Source: Chloroflexota bacterium
GTDB lineage: Bacteria > Chloroflexota > UBA11872
DNA length: 64,000 nucleotides
NCBI GenBank assembly: GCA_965243625.1
Contig: CBDEVI010000002.1
Location: 2,201,496 to 2,265,495 of the forward strand
Direction: 5' to 3'
Below, one piece after another: positions 1-8,471 of the stretch. Made by a program: the position numbers and the translations under genes. The notes below the pieces were generated by a model. That model saw only the letters and a list, made by a program, of their open reading frames with translations. It ran no database searches and had not been told where the DNA came from. Numbering within the stretch: position 1 is the stretch's first letter; every line of letters starts with the position of its first letter.

Positions 1-324
1 TTCGGCGATGGCCTCGGCCTGCTCGACCGTGCTCACGTGCGGCACCACCAGACCCATGGCGCCGGCGTCCAGGATCTGTCCGAAGCAGGCCGGGTCGTTG
101 GTCCAGGGACGCACCAGCGGCACGCAATCCTGCGACTCGATGGCCCGGAGTCCTTCCGTGATCATCCCCAGATCCCAGGGCGCATGCTCGGCGTCGATCA
201 CCAGCCACTCACAGCCGCCCACCGCCATCACCTCGGCGGCCAGGGGTGACGCCAGGTTGAGCCAGGAGCCAATGGACACTTCGCCTCGGCGCAGCGTGGC
301 CAAGACCGGATTAGGAAATCTCAC
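1..324 (-). CDS. HpcH/HpaI aldolase family protein (3' end outside window)
   Basis: Manual translation from GTG at 324: MRFPNPVLATLRRGEVSIGSWLNLASPLAAEVMAVGGCEWLVIDAEHAP...ILDAGAMGLVVPHV, with IDxEH and LDAGA..PHV motifs. GGAGG RBS at 331-335 (minus). Not in the ORF track because it is truncated. Confidence 0.85.
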   Translation of the reverse strand, partial: MRFPNPVLATLRRGEVSIGSWLNLASPLAAEVMAVGGCEWLVIDAEHAPWDLGMITEGLRAIESQDCVPLVRPWTNDPACFGQILDAGAMGLVVPHVSTVEQAEAIAE

Positions 325-501
325 GAACGTCCTCCATTTCGCACGGACTTGCTGACCTGATTGTGACGCATGCGGCGGAAGATCGGGACGGCCGCGGACC
401 AGACGACTGTCCCGCGTTGGCGAATATCGCTCCAGAGCTGTCGCGTTGAGGCGCACTCGGCCTCACCGGCGAGGCCGGCAGCCCTCCAACGCCCGCAAGA
501 G

Positions 502-622
502 GCGACCCTTGCAAATGCCGTCTAGGCGCGGTGACCCCAGGGAAGACCTAGCCAGCTTCCAGGTTCGACCGGACTGGATTCCGGCCTCCGCCGGAATGAC
601 GGCAGGGTCACGCAACGGTCTC
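502..622 (+). mobile_element. MITE copy 1 (121 bp) with internal REP-like hairpin
   Basis: Ends GCGACCCTTGC...GCAACGGTCTC, flanked by a perfect 6-bp direct repeat CAAGAG (496-501, 623-628). Internal TGGATTCCGGCCTCCGCCGGAATGAC at 575-600. Confidence 0.8.
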
Positions 623-681
623 CAAGAGTGCCGGGGCCAACTGCCGCGTACTCACGCACGGCAGCGAACGCCCCCGGGTCT

Positions 682-1149
682 TCAGCCCGATAGGCACGCC
701 ATCACGGGGTCGTAGTCGGGCAGCTCGGCCACCTCTGGCGCGGTTTCGATGTGTGCGACCTTGCCGTTGCCGTCGACGACCACGATCACGCGGTTGGCGA
801 TGTTCATGTCCTCGATGAGCACCCCGTACGCGCTCGCGGTGGCTCCGAGCGGATTGAAGTCGCTCAGCACCGGATAGCTCACGCCCGACTGCTCGGCCCA
901 GGCCTTCAACGTCCAGGTGTTGTCGGTCGAGATCGCGACCGTCACCGTGTCCCCGAGCCCTCCCAGCTTCTCCTCGATGATCGGGAGCTGGTCGCTGCAG
1001 ACCGGCGAAAACGCCGCCGGCACGAAGTTGATCACCACCGTCGACCCTCGATGGTCGCTCAGCTTGAACGGCTCGGCGTCCCTGGGGGCCGTCGGAAGCT
1101 CGAAGTCCGGGGCCTCGTCGCCCACTTTCAACGTTGCCGTCTCAGACAT
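682..1149 (-). CDS. Peroxiredoxin (AhpC/TSA, AhpE-like)
   Basis: LKVGDEAPDFEL, PAAFSPVC peroxidatic motif, LSDF; ATG at 1149. Confidence 0.85.
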   Translation of the reverse strand: MSETATLKVGDEAPDFELPTAPRDAEPFKLSDHRGSTVVINFVPAAFSPVCSDQLPIIEEKLGGLGDTVTVAISTDNTWTLKAWAEQSGVSYPVLSDFNPLGATASAYGVLIEDMNIANRVIVVVDGNGKVAHIETAPEVAELPDYDPVMACLSG

Positions 1150-1218
1150 GACACATCTCCCGCGGAAGTAGCTGACGCGATCGTACGGGCCGCCGCCCCG
1201 GCCCACAAAACGGTCTGG

Positions 1219-3075
1219 CTACCGATAGGCCGACGCCTGCATGCCGAACCAGGTGGCGTAGGTTCCGTCGCGGGCCAGCAGCTCCTCGTGCGTGCCGTGC
1301 TCGGACACCCTCCCGTCTTCGATCACGTAGATGCGGTCGGCCATCCGCACGGTGGAGAAGCGGTGCGAGATCAGCACCGCCATGTGGTCCGCGGTCAGCT
1401 CTCTGAATCGCTGGAAGACCTCGTACTCGGTGCGCGCGTCCAGCGATGCGGTGGGCTCGTCGAGGATGAGCAACTGGGCGTCGCGCATGTAGCCGCGGGC
1501 CAGCGCGATCTTCTGCCACTCGCCGCCGGAAAGCTCGGTGCCGTCGCCCCACCAGCGCCCCAGCGTGGTGTCGTAGGTGTCGGGCAGCCCGTCGATGGTC
1601 TCGGCCGCGCCGCTGCGTTGCGCCGCCGATTCCACCAGCGACCGCACGTCCTTGAGCGGCAGGTTGCCGTAGCCGATGTTGTCGTTGGCGGTGGCGTGAA
1701 ACTGCACGAAGTCCTGAAACGTCACCCCGATCTGACTGCGCACGCTGGCGACGTCGTACTCGCGCAGGTCGACGCCGTCCAGCGTCACGCGCCCGCGCGA
1801 GGGATCGTAGAGGCGGGTGAGCAGCTTGACGATGGTGGTCTTGCCCGCGCCGTTGGCGCCGACCAGCGCGATGGTCTCGCCGCGGTCGATGGTGAGGTCG
1901 ATGCCGCGCAGCACCGGCTCCCGCACGCCGGGATAGCTGAAGTGGACGTCGTGGAACGCCATCCCCTCGCGGATCGGTCGCGGCACCGGTCGTCGCCCCG
2001 GATCGGGGCGAATCGTCGGCTCGAAGGCCAGAAAGTCAAACAGGTTGGTCAGAAACAGGTTGGCCTCGTACATCGAGTTGACGCCGGAGAAGATTCGCCG
2101 CAGCCGCTCCTGGGTCTGCACCAGCGCCTGGTGATAGAGCGTGAGGTCGCCCAGCGTCAGCCGTCCCGCGATGGTGGCCAGCGCCACGAAGATGTACAGC
2201 CCGGACGCCGTGCCCGCGGACACGATGCCCAGCGCAAAGGTGATGCTCTCGCGCGACAGCGTGAGCTTGCGATTCTCGCGGTAGAACCGGGCAAAGGTGC
2301 GGCGGTATTGGTCCAGCAGATGGCCGCCCAGGTCGAACAGCCGCACCTCCTTGACCGTCTCGTCCGAGGTCATCACATAGCCCAGATACCAGAGCCGGCG
2401 GGCGTCGGGCGCGCGCCGCCAGTTCATCCGATAGCGCGCGCGGGCGAACCACATGTCGGCGCCCAGGTAGGGGATGGACGTGACCGCCACCACCAGCAGA
2501 ATCCACCACGCGAGCGCCGCCAGCAGCGCCGCCACCGAGACCAGCTGGATGAAGCTGCCGGCCAGCGAGAAGACGTTGGTGACCAGCCCGGTCGGGCGCA
2601 TGTTGGCCTCGCGGCGGGCGCGCTCCAGCATGTCGTAGAAGGTGGAGTCCTCGAAGTAGGCCAGGTCCAGCGTCTCGGCCTTTTCCAGGATCATAATGTT
2701 GATCCGGTTCGAGAAGCGGTCGCCCAGCATCGCTTGCAGCGCGTTGCCGCCGTGATCGAGCGCCGTGCCGACCAACGCCAGGGCCAGCTGCACCACCACG
2801 AGCAGGACCACGCGGTTGATCGACTCGGCGGACCCGCCGACGGCGATGGCTTCGACAACCGCGTCGATCACCAGCTTCGTGAGCCAAATTGTGGCCGCCG
2901 GAATGAGCGCACGAACCGCCGTGACGCCGGCCACGCCCGCGGTGAGCCCCGGACTGGTTTGCCACACCATGGCCATCACGCGCGGCGTATAGGCGAAGGT
3001 GGCGCCGAGGGCGCGCGCGAACTCGCGCGGGCTGAAGGAAGCCCGTCCCGACGACCGCCCGTGCGCGAAGTCCAT
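1219..3075 (-). CDS. ABC transporter, fused permease/ATP-binding protein
   Basis: N-terminal TM segments; Walker A GANGAGKT, signature LSGGEWQK, Walker B ILDEPT, ISHRFST. Confidence 0.9.
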   Translation of the reverse strand: MDFAHGRSSGRASFSPREFARALGATFAYTPRVMAMVWQTSPGLTAGVAGVTAVRALIPAATIWLTKLVIDAVVEAIAVGGSAESINRVVLLVVVQLALALVGTALDHGGNALQAMLGDRFSNRINIMILEKAETLDLAYFEDSTFYDMLERARREANMRPTGLVTNVFSLAGSFIQLVSVAALLAALAWWILLVVAVTSIPYLGADMWFARARYRMNWRRAPDARRLWYLGYVMTSDETVKEVRLFDLGGHLLDQYRRTFARFYRENRKLTLSRESITFALGIVSAGTASGLYIFVALATIAGRLTLGDLTLYHQALVQTQERLRRIFSGVNSMYEANLFLTNLFDFLAFEPTIRPDPGRRPVPRPIREGMAFHDVHFSYPGVREPVLRGIDLTIDRGETIALVGANGAGKTTIVKLLTRLYDPSRGRVTLDGVDLREYDVASVRSQIGVTFQDFVQFHATANDNIGYGNLPLKDVRSLVESAAQRSGAAETIDGLPDTYDTTLGRWWGDGTELSGGEWQKIALARGYMRDAQLLILDEPTASLDARTEYEVFQRFRELTADHMAVLISHRFSTVRMADRIYVIEDGRVSEHGTHEELLARDGTYATWFGMQASAYR

Positions 3076-3278
3076 TGAGGGCGATGGGATCCGAGTCTCG
3101 ACCTAGACTAGAGGCTAGCAGCGCAACCGCGCCGGTAAACCAAGCGGAGACGTGATATCGACCTCAGCAGGCGGGTTTGGCGGGGGACCACGGCTCGTGT
3201 GAGACCGGGGTCGTCGGCACGGAAGCTCGAGTTCGCCATACTCGCTGCCTAGTCGAAGGATTTCGGGAAATCCGCTCC

Positions 3279-4490
3279 GTGGCACAGGCGAATTCCGCGA
3301 ATAACCACTACGAGGGCATCACGCGCTACGCCACCTGGGCCGCGCGCATGGTGGTGCTGGCGGCGTTCTTCGATCTCTTCATGCAGTTTCCGATCATGGC
3401 GCCGCACGCCCGGGATCTCGGCGCGTCGGCCACGTTGGTCGGGGTGATCGTCGCGGCCTACTCGGTAACCAACCTTTTCGGCAACCTGGCGGCCGGGTTC
3501 GTCCTCGACCGGTGGGGGCGCCGGCTTCCAGTGCTTCTCGGCCTGGGAATCACGGCGCTGGCCGTCCTGAGCTACGCGGTTGTCCGCTCGCCGGAGCAGC
3601 TTCTAGTAGCGCGAGCGATCCACGGCCTTGGGGCGGCTACGCTCACGCCGGGGGCCTTCGCCATCCTGGGAGACCGCGCCGTGACCGAGCGGCGCGCGCG
3701 GGCGATGGCGCTTGCCGGCGCCCTGATCGCGATCCCGGCCATGATCGGACCGCCGGCCGCCGGGCTGCTTCGCGACGCGTGGGGCGCCAACGCGGTTTTC
3801 CTAGCCGACGGCGCCTTCGTGATCGCCACGCTCATCATCTTTGCGACGACCTCGCGAGGGGCATGGCGCCCACCGGATTCGCGCACGCGCGCAAGCGACG
3901 CCGAGCCGCTTCCCGCCCTGTGGCGCAGCCGATTGCTGTGGTCGGCCTATGCCGCGCAATTCGCCATCACCGTCGGCGTCGGCGTACTGGTAACGCACCT
4001 GCCCCTCGTGCTGGAGGACCAAGGCGAGACGGCCGCTCGTTCCGGAATAAGCTTCGCGATCTACGCGCTGGTGTCGATGCTGGTGATGGCCAGTCCCATT
4101 GGGGGCGCGAGCGATCGCATCGGACGATTCATTCCTCTGATCGTTGGGCTCTTTGGCGTGGCCGCCGGACTGGCCGTGGTCGGAACGTCCGGCGGCTATG
4201 CCGGGATTGCCATCGGAATGGCCGTCTTCGGCCTCGGGTACGGGCTCGTATTCCCGGCGGCGGCGGCATTGGTCACGGAAGCCACCGGCCCCAGGCGCCG
4301 CGGGCGAGTATTCGGGGTCTTCTATGCGGTGTATTCGCTGGGCGTGGCCGCCGGCGCGGCGGGGAGCGGGCGACTGGCCGGGCAATTCGAGGACATGGCC
4401 GGCCTGCCGTTCTTTGCGGCGGCGGTGGTCGTCCTGGCCGCGCTGCCGATCGTCGCGACGCTCAGATATGCGACGAGATCGCGGGGCTGA
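3279..4490 (+). CDS. MFS transporter
   Basis: About 12 hydrophobic segments; motif A GFVLDRWGRR and SDRIGR. Start uncertain (ORF open from 3177). Confidence 0.85.
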   Translation: MAQANSANNHYEGITRYATWAARMVVLAAFFDLFMQFPIMAPHARDLGASATLVGVIVAAYSVTNLFGNLAAGFVLDRWGRRLPVLLGLGITALAVLSYAVVRSPEQLLVARAIHGLGAATLTPGAFAILGDRAVTERRARAMALAGALIAIPAMIGPPAAGLLRDAWGANAVFLADGAFVIATLIIFATTSRGAWRPPDSRTRASDAEPLPALWRSRLLWSAYAAQFAITVGVGVLVTHLPLVLEDQGETAARSGISFAIYALVSMLVMASPIGGASDRIGRFIPLIVGLFGVAAGLAVVGTSGGYAGIAIGMAVFGLGYGLVFPAAAALVTEATGPRRRGRVFGVFYAVYSLGVAAGAAGSGRLAGQFEDMAGLPFFAAAVVVLAALPIVATLRYATRSRG

Positions 4491-4553
4491 CCCGGCAGTC
4501 AGCCCGAGCCCTCGACGACTGTCCCAGCACCCTCGCTCGATGCCGACCCGAGC

Positions 4554-5426
4554 CTAGGCATACCAGGGCAGCATCGGCTCGACGGCCAGCACCAGGAAAA
4601 CCAGCGCGAGGTAGACCAGCGAGAACTTGTAGGCGCTCAACGCCTGCTTGGAGCCGGCGCCGTTGCGCAGGGGCCAGGAGGCGCGCAGCCAGTAAACGCC
4701 AAGCAGCGTCGCCGCCAGGGCAAACGCCAGCCCGCCGTAGCCGGCGACGAGCGGCAGCCATGCCAGGGCCGTGAGCAGCAGGATGTACAGCATGATCTGC
4801 ACAGCGGTATCGCGAGGACTGGCAACGGCCCCCAGCATTGGAATCTTGGCCGCCGCGTAGTCATCGCGCAGCACCAGCGACAGCGTCCAGAAGTGCGGCG
4901 GCGTCCAGAAGAACACAAAGGCGAACATGTAAAGGCCGACAGCGTCGATGTGGCCCGACACGGCAGCCGCGCCGATCAGCGGCGGAAACGCGCCGGCGGC
5001 GCCGCCGATCACGATGTTGTTCCACGAACGGCGCTTGAGGAGGACGGTGTAGACGAGCACATAGACCGCGGCCGCGGCGAGCGTGAGCAGCCCGGCGAGG
5101 AGGTTGGTGGTAATGGCGAGGGCGACGACGGCGATCGCCACCAGCACCACGCCGGCAATGACGGCCGCGGTCGGGCCGACCCGGCGCGACGCCACGGCGC
5201 GTTCGCGGGTGCGTCGCATCCGGGCGTCGATGTCAGCCTCCAACCCCTGGTTGATGACGTTGGCCCCGGCGGCGGCCACGCCGCCGGCGAGCACGACCGC
5301 CAGCAGTACCGCGGGCTCGGGGCTGCCCGAGGCGGCTTTCCACACCCCGGCGGCGGCCGTGAAGACGAGCAGCAGGACGATGCGGGGCTTTGCGAGTGAG
5401 AAGAAGTGGCGCGCCAGGTTGGGCAT
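4554..5426 (-). CDS. ctaB: Protoheme IX farnesyltransferase (heme O synthase)
   Basis: LAKPRIV, DIDARMRRTRER, YTVLLKRR, GGAAGAFPPLIG, WTPPHFW; ATG at 5426. Confidence 0.92.
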   Translation of the reverse strand: MPNLARHFFSLAKPRIVLLLVFTAAAGVWKAASGSPEPAVLLAVVLAGGVAAAGANVINQGLEADIDARMRRTRERAVASRRVGPTAAVIAGVVLVAIAVVALAITTNLLAGLLTLAAAAVYVLVYTVLLKRRSWNNIVIGGAAGAFPPLIGAAAVSGHIDAVGLYMFAFVFFWTPPHFWTLSLVLRDDYAAAKIPMLGAVASPRDTAVQIMLYILLLTALAWLPLVAGYGGLAFALAATLLGVYWLRASWPLRNGAGSKQALSAYKFSLVYLALVFLVLAVEPMLPWYA

Positions 5427-6313
5427 TAGCGGCGCCACGGGTGGAGCGCCAGACCGAAATGAATGACCACAACCCACCAGAGCAGGGTGGCGAGCGCCAA
5501 ATGGAGCACGCGCAGCTCGGGATAGAGGCCGATGGCGATCGAGGTGACGCCGACGGCGAATTGCGCGGATGAAACGAGGCTCGCGGCCAGGCTCAAGGTG
5601 AACGGAAGACCGAGTCCCCCGCGCCGCCAGACCTGCCAGGCGGTAAAGAAAAACGTGAGCAGGAGCGCCGATGCCGCGGCCCGATGCAGCATGTGCAGGG
5701 TCAGGTTCTCCGCGCCGACGCTGCCGTCGCAGAGCGGCAGCGTGGGGCAGCCGGCGCTGGAGTTGGTGCCCACGATGGAGCCTCCCACCAGCACCACGAA
5801 GGCGGTCGCGACAACCAGCGCCCGCGTGCGACGCACGCCAGGCAGCGCCGCGCGGGTCCAACCCAGCGCGTGCAGCGCGCCGATGGTCAGCAGGGCCAGG
5901 GTGAGCAGAGAGAAAGTGAGATGGGCCAGCCGCACCATGCCGTGCAACTCGGTGAGCACGGTGGCGCCGCCCAACCCGGCCTGGGCGACGATGGCCGCCA
6001 GCGCCCACAGGAGCAGGCGGTTGGTCAGGGAATCAAGCGTGCGGGCGCGGAAGGCGTACCAGGCGGCCACGGCGGTGGCGAGCATGGTGACGCCGGCGTA
6101 GACGCGGTGACCGAACTCAATGGCGGTGGCGCCCTCGAGCTCAGGGACGATCACGCCTTCGCACAGCGGCCAGTCGGGACAGCCCAGCCCGGCCCCGGAC
6201 ACGCGCACCCAGGCGCCGTAGGTGATGAGGCCAATGGTGAGCACCGCGGCGCCCATGGCCCACTGCCCTGCACGGCGCACACAAACGGCGAGCGGATTCT
6301 CCGAGGCGTTCAA
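5426..6313 (-). CDS. ctaA: Heme A synthase, COX15/CtaA family
   Basis: GAWVRVSGAGLGCPDWPLCEG, EFGHR, second Cys pair and LHMLHR; adjacent to ctaB. Confidence 0.88.
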   Translation of the reverse strand: MNASENPLAVCVRRAGQWAMGAAVLTIGLITYGAWVRVSGAGLGCPDWPLCEGVIVPELEGATAIEFGHRVYAGVTMLATAVAAWYAFRARTLDSLTNRLLLWALAAIVAQAGLGGATVLTELHGMVRLAHLTFSLLTLALLTIGALHALGWTRAALPGVRRTRALVVATAFVVLVGGSIVGTNSSAGCPTLPLCDGSVGAENLTLHMLHRAAASALLLTFFFTAWQVWRRGGLGLPFTLSLAASLVSSAQFAVGVTSIAIGLYPELRVLHLALATLLWWVVVIHFGLALHPWRR

Positions 6314-6328
6314 GGTGTCGCTGCGCTT

Positions 6329-6529
6329 CTACCGGGCCTGCGATGACACCAGGACCAGCAGCGCGAGCAGCAGTGCCGGAAGCAGCGTCCACGAGATCTC
6401 GGCGGGCCGGCCGCCGACGACGCTGCGGGCCGCCGTGGACCGCACGCGCATGCGCAGCGCGGTGACGACGACGGCGGCCTCGACGACGGCCAGGATTCCG
6501 ACGACGAGCCAAAAGCCAAGGGTGTGCAT
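6329..6529 (-). CDS. Small 2-TM protein resembling the cytochrome c oxidase subunit II transmembrane domain
   Basis: Two hydrophobic helices and AEISWTLLPALLL (compare CoxII EIIWTxIP); lies just upstream of ctaA. Confidence 0.6.
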   Translation of the reverse strand: MHTLGFWLVVGILAVVEAAVVVTALRMRVRSTAARSVVGGRPAEISWTLLPALLLALLVLVSSQAR

Positions 6530-6658
6530 CAGGGCAAGGGTAGCGAGCCGGCGCCGGTCGTGGCGGCCGACAACCACACGGACCGCGGCGCACGGTACAC
6601 GCGGGAGCGCCGCCGGTCGAGGGTCGCGTGACAGCCGTTTACCACGATGGCGCGTCTG

Positions 6659-8131
6659 CTACTTGACGAGGCGGGTTTCGGGATAGAACGCGGCCCACGC
6701 GAACCAGAAGTGGTTGGCGTGGACGACCGGCGGAAGCTGGATGCCCTCCAGGGCTCCCGCCACCGCCTCGCCGGCGATCGACCAGGTAGAACTGGTTTCG
6801 CGGTCGGTGAAGGCCCCGTCCCCAAGCTCGAATGTCAGGGTGCGGCCGGCGACTTCGCGCCCAAACGCCACTCCCGATCCCACGGCCTTGGCGTCGGCGA
6901 TGGAGCGGGCGTCGAGCGCGCTGGCCGTGTCGGGCGACCAGAACACGACCACCGGCACGCCGCCGACGACGTCGTTGACCACGCCGACGCTCTGCAGGTG
7001 GGTGAAGGCGTAGGCCGCGGCCTCGCCGCCGATTTCAAGGGCCACGACGCGCTCCCCCGACCGCAGCCGGTCGTCCAGGGACCCTCGGAACAGGAACGGG
7101 CTGCCGCTAGCCGCGTCGTAGCCGGGGTAGGGATTGCGTCCGTAGTCGCGGCCAAAGCCGGTGTCGCGTCCGAGCACCACCCCATTGGGGAGCGACGCCT
7201 TGAATTCCCCGTAGCCGATGAGCTGCGCGGGCAGGGGGTCGAGAAAGTACCCGGCCAGGTCGCCCACGATGGCCTCGCCGGTGAGCTGCTGCCACCAGGT
7301 CTCGGTCAGGTCATCCCACATGATCAGGTCGCTGTTGCGCAGGTTGCCCGACACGCCGAAGCGCATGGTGGCTCCGAGCACGCTGCGGTCGAACACCAAC
7401 GACGAATTGCACAGCGGGCAAAAGGTCACGGCGACGGGTCGTCCGCCGACGACGTCGTTGACGATCTCGTGCCAGGTCAGGATCTGGAGCGGATAGGCGC
7501 GCGTTTCGCCGTTAGCGCCGAAGACCACCACGGGCTCGCGGTCGTCGAGCCAGGCGTCCGCCTCGGACGCGGCGACGAACGTGGGCATGTCGATGGGCGG
7601 GATGCCGTCGCGCGGAACGCCGCCGGACAGGATTTCCCCGTAGGACACCACGCTGAGATCGAAGTTCGTTTTCCAGCCGCTCCCGCGCCAGAAGTCGATC
7701 TGCCCCTGGTGACGCGGGTCGGGCGGGATCAGCCGCGGCTCGCGTCGCGCGACGACGCTCCCCGGCAGGGTTATGGCCCCGTCGGCAAGAACCACGTCCG
7801 CCGGCTGAATCGGCGCGGCCGCCGGCGCGGGCGTGGTAGGCGCTGCGGTGGCAGCAGGCGCTTGGGTGGTCGGAGCGGGGGTAGCCGGCGGCGGCGTGCT
7901 CGGCGGTGCGGTCGTAGCCCCCGGGGTCGGCGGCGGTGACGGGGCTTCCGTCGTTGCGGCGGCAGGCGTGGTCGCCGGGGCAGCCGGACTTGGGGACGGG
8001 GTAGATCCGTCCTCGGCGGTCGACGCCTCCTCGCCGCAGGCGGCCAGCAACGCGCTCGCGCCGCTTCCCAGAGCGAAGAACGCAGCGCCGCGCAGCAACC
8101 ACCGGCGGGTAAGGCCGGGCGTTCTCTTCAT
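6659..8131 (-). CDS. DUF3179 family protein, predicted Tat-exported lipoprotein
   Basis: TRRWLL Tat-like motif, LLAAC lipobox, Pro/Thr/Ala linker, RDGIPPID, AYPLQILTWHEIVND, VTFCPLC, FWFAWAAFYP. Confidence 0.8.
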   Translation of the reverse strand: MKRTPGLTRRWLLRGAAFFALGSGASALLAACGEEASTAEDGSTPSPSPAAPATTPAAATTEAPSPPPTPGATTAPPSTPPPATPAPTTQAPAATAAPTTPAPAAAPIQPADVVLADGAITLPGSVVARREPRLIPPDPRHQGQIDFWRGSGWKTNFDLSVVSYGEILSGGVPRDGIPPIDMPTFVAASEADAWLDDREPVVVFGANGETRAYPLQILTWHEIVNDVVGGRPVAVTFCPLCNSSLVFDRSVLGATMRFGVSGNLRNSDLIMWDDLTETWWQQLTGEAIVGDLAGYFLDPLPAQLIGYGEFKASLPNGVVLGRDTGFGRDYGRNPYPGYDAASGSPFLFRGSLDDRLRSGERVVALEIGGEAAAYAFTHLQSVGVVNDVVGGVPVVVFWSPDTASALDARSIADAKAVGSGVAFGREVAGRTLTFELGDGAFTDRETSSTWSIAGEAVAGALEGIQLPPVVHANHFWFAWAAFYPETRLVK

Positions 8132-8222
8132 GCGGCGCTCGCGAATCGTGGCGACGACTCTAGGATTCTCTCGACACTACGTCTGCAGTGGGGCGTCGGT
8201 TGGGAAGTTACCGGACAAACCG

Positions 8223-8471
8223 TCAGGCCGGCGCGGACGGGATCAGCTCGACTCCCCGCGCGGCGCCGATGGCCCGCAGCGGCGTCTCGATGGCGAGGTC
8301 CAGCGTCATCATGCGGCGCGGGCACGTGGCGCAGGCGCCGGTGAGCTCCAGCCGCACGTAGCCGTCCGGAGTCGCGCCCCAGTAGCGCAATCCGCCGCCG
8401 TCGACGGCCATCTGCCCGGCCGCGTGCTGCAGGACCTGGGCAACCGCAGGCGCCGGAGCGCCGCTTACCAC
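8223..8471 (-). CDS. NifU-like (Nfu) domain protein
   Basis: DGGGL...VRLELTGACATCP...MTL; GTG start overlaps the ggt stop. Confidence 0.7.
   Translation of the reverse strand: MVSGAPAPAVAQVLQHAAGQMAVDGGGLRYWGATPDGYVRLELTGACATCPRRMMTLDLAIETPLRAIGAARGVELIPSAPA

Noticed and set aside
560-600. tRNA-like GGTTCGA T-loop motifs (562, 14373, 52904)
   Set aside because: No cloverleaf context; the first two are MITE-internal and the third is within a CDS.
751-3078. Long antisense or alternate-frame ORFs (e.g. 751-3078 +, 39696-43409 -, 60507-63467 -)
   Set aside because: They are shadows of real genes in high-GC DNA: Arg/Gly/Ala-rich, no family motifs, and fully overlapping well-supported CDSs.
6659-8131. 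Selenocysteine recoding in DUF3179
   Set aside because: The ORF is continuous with an ordinary CxxC and no in-frame TGA.
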